Shown here: piece after piece, positions 57,115-64,000 of the stretch
Layout of the letters: the number at the start of each line of letters is the position of its first letter
Numbering within the stretch: position 1 is the first letter of the stretch
Origin: Bacteroidota bacterium
GTDB taxonomy: Bacteria > Bacteroidota > Bacteroidia > Cytophagales > Spirosomataceae
Assembly: GCA_040387735.1 (NCBI GenBank)
Contig: JAZKDE010000056.1
Coordinates: 4,395-68,394, forward strand
Reading direction: 5' to 3'
DNA: 64,000 nt
The notes under the pieces: model-generated
Told to the model about the DNA's origin: nothing
Databases searched by the model: none
The model's input: the letters and a program-made list of their open reading frames with translations, nothing else
Program-made: the position numbers and the translations under genes

Positions 57115-58407
57115 ATGGCAACAGCAACTTTCACGCTCGAAAGAGATACCGAAATTTTTAATTTGATTAATCAAGAAGCTCACCGTCAAGAGTACGGAAT
57201 CGAATTGATTGCTTCTGAGAATTTTACTTCAAAACAAGTCATGGAAGCCCAAGGCTCAGTTTTGACCAATAAATATGCAGAAGGACTTCCAGGAAAACGT
57301 TATTACGGTGGTTGTGAAGTTGTTGACCAAGTAGAAACTATTGCTATTGAGCGTGCAAAAGCACTTTTCGGAGCAACTTGGGCAAACGTTCAGCCTCACT
57401 CGGGAGCTCAAGCAAACGCTGCGGTTTTCTTATCATTCTTAAATCCAGGCGATAAAATTTTAGGTTTCAACCTTTCTCACGGTGGTCACCTTTCTCATGG
57501 TTCTCCAGTAAACTTCTCAGGAAAATACTTCCAAGCATTTTTCTACGGTGTTGAAGAAGAAACAGGTTTAATTGACTGGGATAAAGTAGAAGCTACCGCT
57601 TTGAAAGAAAAACCAAGATTGATTATTTGTGGTGCTTCTGCATATTCACGTGATTGGGACTATGTTCGTTTACGTGCCATTGCTGACGAAATCGGTGCAA
57701 TTCTATTAGCCGATATTTCTCACCCATCGGCATTAATTGCGAAAGGTTTATTGAATAACCCAATGCAACATTGCCATATCGTAACTACAACAACCCACAA
57801 AACGTTGAGAGGGCCACGTGGTGGTTTAATTATGATGGGCAATGACTTTGTGAATCCATTTGGTCAAAAAACATTAAAAGGTGAATTGAAAATGATGTCA
57901 GCGTTGTTAGACGGTGGCGTTTTCCCGGGAACGCAAGGTGGACCATTGGAACACGTTATTGCGGCAAAAGCAATTGCTTTCGGTGAAGCTTTAACGGATA
58001 ATTTCCAAGATTATGCTGAACAATTACAACGCAATGCAAAAGTAATGGCTCAGGGTTTTGTGGATAAAGGATATAAAATCATCTCTGGTGGAACAGATAA
58101 TCACCTGATGTTAATTGACTTACGTCCAAAAGGATTAACAGGTAAATTAGCGGAAAACACCTTGGTAAAAGCTGACATTACTATCAACAAAAACATGGTT
58201 CCGTTTGATGATAAATCTCCATTTGTAACCTCTGGTATTCGTGTAGGAACGGCAGCCATGACAACTCGTGGTATGAAAGAAGCAGAAATGTTGCACATTG
58301 TAGAGTTAATTGACAGCGTTTTGATGAATCACGACAATGAAACATTCATTGGTTCGGTGAAAACAGAAGTAAACAAATGGATGGAAGCATTTCCGTTGTA
58401 TGTATAG
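57115..58407 (+). CDS. glyA: Serine hydroxymethyltransferase
   Basis: [20 protein letters not shown]-like ([12 protein letters not shown]) and [14 protein letters not shown] containing the PLP Lys. Confidence 0.97.
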   Translation: MATATFTLERDTEIFNLINQEAHRQEYGIELIASENFTSKQVMEAQGSVLTNKYAEGLPGKRYYGGCEVVDQVETIAIERAKALFGATWANVQPHSGAQANAAVFLSFLNPGDKILGFNLSHGGHLSHGSPVNFSGKYFQAFFYGVEEETGLIDWDKVEATALKEKPRLIICGASAYSRDWDYVRLRAIADEIGAILLADISHPSALIAKGLLNNPMQHCHIVTTTTHKTLRGPRGGLIMMGNDFVNPFGQKTLKGELKMMSALLDGGVFPGTQGGPLEHVIAAKAIAFGEALTDNFQDYAEQLQRNAKVMAQGFVDKGYKIISGGTDNHLMLIDLRPKGLTGKLAENTLVKADITINKNMVPFDDKSPFVTSGIRVGTAAMTTRGMKEAEMLHIVELIDSVLMNHDNETFIGSVKTEVNKWMEAFPLYV

Positions 58408-58418
58408 ATTTTTTACGA

Positions 58419-58488
58419 AGTATTAAGTCCTAAGATTGGTGAAATTTAAGCCTTAATTCTTAATACATAATACGTTATATTTAATACA
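58419..58488. repeat. Heptamer-phased imperfect palindrome between glyA stop and its terminator
   Basis: AGTATTA AGTCCTA AGATTGG TGAAATT TAAGCCT TAATTCT TAATACA TAATACG TTATATT TAATACA. Confidence 0.6.
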
Positions 58489-58494
58489 TCATTT

Positions 58495-58532
58495 AAAAAC
58501 CCTGACAATCCAAAACGTTGTCGGGGTTTTTT
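58495..58532 (+). terminator. Intrinsic terminator after glyA
   Basis: Stem aaaaccctgacaa/ttgtcggggtttt followed by a T-run. Confidence 0.85.
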
Positions 58533-58615
58533 ATGTTTTTGATGTAACTTTGCGAGATAAATATTTATACAAGAAATATGACGAGAATTATTTCTCTAAA
58601 TAATAATAAATAAAA

Positions 58616-59467
58616 ATGGCTTTAGACCAAGAATTTGAACACGAAATAGACGAAACAGAAGGGAATGAAATGTCTTTCCTTGACCATCTTGAAGAACTGC
58701 GTTGGCATATAATACGCTCATTGATTGCCATTTTTGTTTTTACAACTATCGCTTGGGTTTTTCAGAAAGAGATTTTCGGGGGTGTTATTATGGCCCCTTC
58801 AAAGTCTGAATTTTGGACAAATAGAATGTTATGTAAATTAGCAGACTTGACTGGTGTAGAAGGACTTTGCTTCAAACAGGCAGATTTTATTCTACAAAGT
58901 CGTGAGGTATCAGGGCAATTTATGATGGCTCTTACGCAGTCAATTATGGTAGGTTTACTTTTTTCTTTTCCTTATTTTTTCTGGGAAATTTGGCGTTTTG
59001 TAAAACCAGGCTTAAAATTAAAAGAAGTAAAAGCAGCAAGAGGAGCAGTTTTCTGGGTTTCTTTATTGTTTTTTACTGGAGTTGCTTTTGGGTATTTTGT
59101 GGTTTCTCCAATGGCAATCAACTTTTTGGCAAGTTTCAAATTGGATGATTCTATTCAAAATCAATTTGATATTAACGATTACATTTCATTGCTTTCAACG
59201 ATGACTTTGGCTTGTGGAATCACTTTCCAGTTGCCAATGGTTGCCTATGTTTTGTCAATGGTCGGAATTCTTACGCCTAAATTCATGCGAGATTATCGTC
59301 GTCATGCTTTGGTAGTTATTCTAATTATTGCGGCAATTATTACGCCTTCTCCCGATATGATTTCTCAACTTTTGGTAACATTACCCCTTTTGGGACTTTA
59401 TGAAATTAGTATTGGCGTATCAGCAAGGGTAAACAAACAACGCCAAGCTGAGAGTTTAGAGGATTAA
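58616..59467 (+). CDS. tatC: Twin-arginine translocase subunit TatC
   Basis: MSFLDHLEELR, 6 TM and an (F)..PGL motif (FVKPGLKLKE). Confidence 0.92.
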   Translation: MALDQEFEHEIDETEGNEMSFLDHLEELRWHIIRSLIAIFVFTTIAWVFQKEIFGGVIMAPSKSEFWTNRMLCKLADLTGVEGLCFKQADFILQSREVSGQFMMALTQSIMVGLLFSFPYFFWEIWRFVKPGLKLKEVKAARGAVFWVSLLFFTGVAFGYFVVSPMAINFLASFKLDDSIQNQFDINDYISLLSTMTLACGITFQLPMVAYVLSMVGILTPKFMRDYRRHALVVILIIAAIITPSPDMISQLLVTLPLLGLYEISIGVSARVNKQRQAESLED

Positions 59468-59488
59468 TTAGCATTAGAAATTAGCATA

Positions 59489-59526
59489 AAAAACGGTCAG
59501 ATGAAATAAATCATCTGACCGTTTTT
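59489..59526. terminator. Bidirectional terminator between tatC and the DUF1501 gene
   Basis: Stem aaaaacggtcagatga/tcatctgaccgttttt with a 6-nt loop. Confidence 0.85.
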
Positions 59527-59568
59527 ATTTGTTTAAACTATTGATTTGTTAAATGACAAGAACATAAA

Positions 59569-61125
59569 TTAAACTCCCGCAACTGAAAGTTTTACTCCCG
59601 CTGCCATAGTCAAATTTCCATAATTTTGAAGATTCTTTATCGTTGCGTTTGCATTCAATGTTACAGTATGACCCACACAAATTCTGGCATTTTCATTCGT
59701 GAAAGGCACACGTCCGCAGGACCACGTTTTTTCATCGTGCCAACTTCCTGTTTTTATCGTACAAACTTCATCAGTAAATAAGGATACAGTATCAAAAGTT
59801 TTATTGAGTAATAACGACGACGCATCAGTTTTACTTCTTCCAAACCAGTCGATGAGAATATCCCAATAAATTCTACGGAAGTCGATTTGCATTTTTAAAT
59901 CCTGATTTCCCGTTGTTCCATTCAAATCAGTCGGTAAATTAGAATATCCCCCAATATTTGGGTTTCTACCCACCATTTGACGTTTCAGACTTGAGCCAAA
60001 AACAAACATTGGAGCCGCCACACCGTGGTCAGTTCCAGCACTTGAGTTTGAATTTGCTCTTCTTCCAAATTCTGAAAAAGTAAAACCAACGACTTTATCC
60101 TCCACGCCTCTTTGCTGTAAATCAGTCTGGAAAGCTTTGATTCCATCGGAAAGTTTACCCAATAATGTAGCATGAGCTCCTAAATTATTATTCGTTCCAC
60201 CCCCTGCTTGCACTTGAGTAGAATGAGTGTCAAATCCACCGATTGAAAGGAAGTAAATCTTTGTTTTTAAACCTCCACCAACCAATCTGGCTACAATTTT
60301 TAATTGGTCAGCAATAGAATTTCCCGTTGGATAAACAGGAGCAGGTGTAATATTTCCTGCGGTATTTGCTGTCGTAATCTCAGCCGAATATCCAATAGCT
60401 AAAGCTTGTTGCTGACGAATAAAAGAAACTAAATCGCCCGCTTCACAGCAAGGTAAATCAGTAGTTGTTGCACCACTTCCTCCGCCCACGAGAATAGAAT
60501 AACTTGCGGGGTCGTTAATTGCCACTGCCATTGATTGATTACTTCCTAAAAGAGTGGTTGAAGTCAAATAACCAATCTGAATTGCCAATGGGTCTTCCAT
60601 GGTGGCATTGGCATTGTCTCTATCAGTAATAGGAGGCGTAGGATAATTGGCAAAGCGGTCTTCTAAATAACGCCCTGCCCAACCCGTATCTACTTGCACG
60701 GCGGCGTCAGTACCTGTCATCCAAATATCCGTAGCTCGATAATGCGAATAACTTGGGGTTGGATAAGAAACAGAATGAACAACGGCTAATTTACCATTAT
60801 CGTGCATTTGCTTCAACCCAGTCATACTCGGATGCAAACCAGTTGCTCCGTTTCCCAGAGGTAATACAGAAGCTTGAGGAACTGCAATATTACTTCTAAG
60901 ATTATTGTATTGAGAATACTGGTCGAGTGGAATAACAGTATTTAAACCATCATTTCCACCATTAAGATATATAATTACTAATACACGGTCTTTGGCAAGG
61001 GCATCCGTTTTCATTAAGGATTGTACAAGTGGTGAGTTAGCTCCAAAGGCTTTCACCCCAAAACCATCTACCAAGACGGGTACTAAAAAAGAAGAAGTAG
61101 CGGCAAGGAAATCTCTACGTTTCAT
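59569..61125 (-). CDS. DUF1501 domain protein (sulfatase-fold, Tat signal) with extra C-terminal domain
   Basis: Tat-type start MKRRDFLAATSS. DUF1501 blocks (GGNDGLN, GGFDTHS, SEFGRR...N...GTDHG). About 80 extra C-terminal residues (GSWHDEKTWSCGRVP...GHTVTL). Confidence 0.85.
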   Translation of the reverse strand: MKRRDFLAATSSFLVPVLVDGFGVKAFGANSPLVQSLMKTDALAKDRVLVIIYLNGGNDGLNTVIPLDQYSQYNNLRSNIAVPQASVLPLGNGATGLHPSMTGLKQMHDNGKLAVVHSVSYPTPSYSHYRATDIWMTGTDAAVQVDTGWAGRYLEDRFANYPTPPITDRDNANATMEDPLAIQIGYLTSTTLLGSNQSMAVAINDPASYSILVGGGSGATTTDLPCCEAGDLVSFIRQQQALAIGYSAEITTANTAGNITPAPVYPTGNSIADQLKIVARLVGGGLKTKIYFLSIGGFDTHSTQVQAGGGTNNNLGAHATLLGKLSDGIKAFQTDLQQRGVEDKVVGFTFSEFGRRANSNSSAGTDHGVAAPMFVFGSSLKRQMVGRNPNIGGYSNLPTDLNGTTGNQDLKMQIDFRRIYWDILIDWFGRSKTDASSLLLNKTFDTVSLFTDEVCTIKTGSWHDEKTWSCGRVPFTNENARICVGHTVTLNANATIKNLQNYGNLTMAAGVKLSVAGV

Positions 61126-61278
61126 ATATTTATCGTTTTTAGATGCTTGATTTTTGATATTAATCAAAACACATAATCGGAAAATCAGCAAAGTAAAAAA
61201 TGAATAACTGTTGATTAATTAAGCCATGAATTATTGGCTTTTTTTAGCTTTCGAGTTCGAATATTTGCAAACTAAATA

Positions 61279-62970
61279 CTAACAAATACTGTATTCTGCC
61301 ATTCTCAGCAGGTATTTCATTAAGTTTTCCAACTTGGTTTTTACCGTATTTGTATTGGTTGTATTGGGAGTAGTTTTGTACGTATTCCACTGACTGGTCC
61401 AACTGGTTCTTGGTTGTAAAGCCAACATAATAGTATCAGTTAGGAATGTTTTTTGATTAGCCGTTAATGCGGTTGCCAACAAATTAGTCGTCACTAACTC
61501 GACAACATTGGCAGCATCCGTAACATTATAAGTAGCAGTCGTGGGTTTATCAACCATCGCCAACATATCAATTTTAATGGTCACTAAAGGCGTAATACCC
61601 GTCACAAGTGTCCGTCCAGTTACTAATTTATCGGTAAAAGAATTACGTAAACCAATCTGAGAAGTATTTATCCAATTTCTGGAATACCCCGTTTGAAAAT
61701 AAGCATCGTAACCAAAAACGGTTGGTTGGTCAAGAATTGCCATTTGCATTTCATTCATCCTATCGTAAATATATTGTGCATACGTTCTATGGTTTTTTAT
61801 ACTGTTGATTAGATTTGCCGAATCAATAGTGGGTACAGGAAAATTGAAAAAACGATAAGCTCCGATAACAAATTCGGCGGGAGATTTGATGATTGCACCG
61901 AGATTTGCAACATCGTAAAAATGCTCCGAAGAAAGTAGTTTTTGAATAATAGGTTTTATCTCAAAAGTTTTACCTGTAGTTGAATCTTGACTCTTGAAAA
62001 TATTCGCTAAAGGAATAATAACATTAGTTTCGATATCTTGAGTAACATTAGGATTTACAAAAAATCGATACAATTTTCGACAGATAAATTTGGGTGTTTC
62101 TGGGTGACGAAAAAGCATATTCAGCAAATCATCAATTTCAACTTCTCCAACATTATTGTACCCCACAGGAATTGATGCAGGGGTAGAAATCGTCGTTCCC
62201 AAAGTCGGATTCACAGGGTCTGGATAGCTCGATGAAAACAGTTTAGGCGTTGTATCATGTCTCGTTAATGTGAAATAGCTATCAACGAAAGTTGTACCAT
62301 TTGTATAAAAATATCTATATCGCCAGCCTGTTAATACTCTGGCAGCGGCTTTTACATCGTTTTCAGTATAATTACTATTTCCTGCAAAATCTTTTGCTCC
62401 GACCACAAATAATTCTTGTAATTCACGAGCATAATTTTCGTTAGGAGTTCCCTTTGTACTATCATTCCCATTGAGAAATTTCAGCATAGCAGGGTCATTC
62501 GTAATATCACGCACAAAATCCTTAAAGTTTTCCAAAGATTTACTTCTAACCTTCATGAAATATTTATAAATGGCTCGGTATTCATCAACAGTCGCTTCTG
62601 TCGTAACAAAATGATTTTGCCAAAAAAGCGTCATTTTATCAATAATAGAAGGACTTCCACCCTGTTTGGCCATCATATTAATCCACCAATATTTATAATA
62701 ATATCTAAAATCAAAATTACGCCCAAGAGTAGAATCATAAACAGAACTTACATATTCCTGCCCTGCGGTAGTTTGCGTTTCATTCAAGTCAACTGGCGGT
62801 GATGGAATGTAATTGATAGCACTAATCAAATTTTGAATAGCAGTTGTGGCATCCAATCCTGTAAAATTATTGATTTCCGTTTGAGTAGGCCCAAAAGTTG
62901 CCCTTCGGAGCAAATGAGCCGCCTGAGCTGCCGTAAGAGGCTGCCCATAAGGGTTCAATGAATAAGTCAT
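61279..62970 (-). CDS. DUF1800 domain protein
   Basis: 563 aa with an N-terminal AAHLLRRATFGPT motif typical of DUF1800. Lies immediately upstream of the DUF1501 gene on the same strand. Confidence 0.85.
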   Translation of the reverse strand: MTYSLNPYGQPLTAAQAAHLLRRATFGPTQTEINNFTGLDATTAIQNLISAINYIPSPPVDLNETQTTAGQEYVSSVYDSTLGRNFDFRYYYKYWWINMMAKQGGSPSIIDKMTLFWQNHFVTTEATVDEYRAIYKYFMKVRSKSLENFKDFVRDITNDPAMLKFLNGNDSTKGTPNENYARELQELFVVGAKDFAGNSNYTENDVKAAARVLTGWRYRYFYTNGTTFVDSYFTLTRHDTTPKLFSSSYPDPVNPTLGTTISTPASIPVGYNNVGEVEIDDLLNMLFRHPETPKFICRKLYRFFVNPNVTQDIETNVIIPLANIFKSQDSTTGKTFEIKPIIQKLLSSEHFYDVANLGAIIKSPAEFVIGAYRFFNFPVPTIDSANLINSIKNHRTYAQYIYDRMNEMQMAILDQPTVFGYDAYFQTGYSRNWINTSQIGLRNSFTDKLVTGRTLVTGITPLVTIKIDMLAMVDKPTTATYNVTDAANVVELVTTNLLATALTANQKTFLTDTIMLALQPRTSWTSQWNTYKTTPNTTNTNTVKTKLENLMKYLLRMAEYSIC

Positions 62971-63190
62971 ATTTAATGTGTTAAGTAGTTAATAATGGTA
63001 TTTGGGCAAAAATAGAAAGATAGTGTAGCGAAGGGATTATTTGAAATTAGTAGAAAACAACAGGATTATATTTTGGCGTTTAATTATTTGCTAAATTTAA
63101 CGAAAAAGATTGTTTTTGGTGTTTTAGAGCATTAAGAAAAGAGTAAGTGGTTATTTAAATAGAACAAATACTGTGCAAAAGTTAAAATTC

Positions 63191-63979
63191 ATGAGAAAGG
63201 CAGCTTTATTATTTTTATTATTTTCATTTCAAATTCAAGCCCAAAAGCCCCTAACGGCTATTTTGGGAGCATTCAGTGATGAGGTGAAACTCTTGGAAGA
63301 TTCTCTCCAAAACAAACAAATCGTCAATCTGAAAGGCATTCGTTTCCTGACGGGCGAATTACGTGGGCGTTCGGTAGTCGTAGCTCTTACGGGCGTAGGA
63401 AAGGTAAATGCCGCCATGACTACAACAATTTTATTGATGAATTGGCAACCCCAACAACTGATTTTCACGGGTATTGCAGGAGGCGTAAATCCTGAAATTA
63501 TGCCAGGAGATATGGTCATTGCCAAATCTACCATTCAGCACGATTTTGGAAAAATTGACTCTACGGGCATGGTGTTGTGGCAAACCTTTAACCCAACCGA
63601 TAAATCCAGAAATCCACTCTATTTTCCTGCTGATTCTGTCTTGTTACAAAAAGCTCAAAAAGTGTCAAATATGACAAAATACAAGGAAATTGTGGGTAGA
63701 AAAGTAAAGGTTATGACGGGAATTGTAGCCACGGGCGATGTCTTTGTCAATTCCGATGTAAAAGTAAAAGAACTCCAAAATAAAGTAAAAGCCGATGCGA
63801 CCGAAATGGAAGGTGCTGCCGTTGCCCAAGTTTGTTACGAATTGAAAATACCATGCTTAATTCTCAGAAGTATCAGCGATAATGCCAACTCAAAAGCTCA
63901 CGTCGATATGAATGTTTTTGGCTCAATAGCTGCCTATAATTCCGCAAGTTTGGTCTTGGGGATTTTGGGGAATTTGTAA
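63191..63979 (+). CDS. MTA/SAH nucleosidase-like (PNP_UDP_1 family) protein with signal peptide
   Basis: GIAGG, a TGD.F-type motif (ATGDVFV) and EMEGAAVAQV resemble the Pfs/MtnN family. The N-terminus MRKAALLFLLFSFQIQAQ looks like a cleavable signal peptide. Confidence 0.75.
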   Translation: MRKAALLFLLFSFQIQAQKPLTAILGAFSDEVKLLEDSLQNKQIVNLKGIRFLTGELRGRSVVVALTGVGKVNAAMTTTILLMNWQPQQLIFTGIAGGVNPEIMPGDMVIAKSTIQHDFGKIDSTGMVLWQTFNPTDKSRNPLYFPADSVLLQKAQKVSNMTKYKEIVGRKVKVMTGIVATGDVFVNSDVKVKELQNKVKADATEMEGAAVAQVCYELKIPCLILRSISDNANSKAHVDMNVFGSIAAYNSASLVLGILGNL

Positions 63980-64000
63980 ACTTCTTTAAACTCAAATAAA

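Noticed and set aside
61192-61278. GAGTTCGAAT in the DUF1800/DUF1501 gap as a tRNA T-arm
   Set aside because: No acceptor, D or anticodon stems can be built around it, and the region is AT-rich spacer.

Overview
The window is a dense chromosomal stretch of about 60 genes on both strands. GC looks to be in the high 30s percent by eye. Gene content points to a gliding member of Bacteroidota, probably Cytophagia-like; the taxonomic call is inference only. That content includes GldB, TonB-like and beta-barrel OM proteins, a DUF1800/DUF1501 pair, many lipoproteins and TAnnTTTG-type -7 promoter boxes. Almost everything is housekeeping. It covers speA-like, nagA, hisA-hisF-hisIE, a Fur-family regulator, sppA, asd, rnr, leuC-leuD-(leuA/cimA)-leuB, glyA, tatC, nth, pnuC, M14 and M16 peptidases and several transporters. 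I found no rRNA, tRNA, CRISPR array, transposase, integrase or recognisable defence system.

The unusual material is non-coding and falls into five points.

(1) Many intergenic spacers are built from degenerate 7-nt units kept in phase, usually as head-to-head inverted arrays that fold into long imperfect hairpins.

(2) One subfamily is a nested palindrome carrying AGAGCCACAGAG and GAGAACCACAGAG. It occurs twice, once directly upstream of a GxxExxY (PD-(D/E)xK) gene that is absent from the ORF track, sits between leuC and leuD, and carries an in-frame TAA.

(3) All three internal spacers of the leu operon are expanded by such structured DNA.

(4) RNase R carries a low-complexity in-frame segment of about 75 aa. 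Its DNA shares words and 7/21-nt phasing with the spacers. It also contains a perfect 16-bp-arm palindrome made of two inverted TTATCCACA boxes.

(5) An apparent operon pairs an aromatic-acid-type MFS transporter with a lipoprotein that fuses a cytochrome-c-like module (CX4CH ... MP) to a PHM/DBH-like two-copper monooxygenase ligand pattern.

No statistics or database searches were run. All calls come from reading the sequence and from family knowledge.
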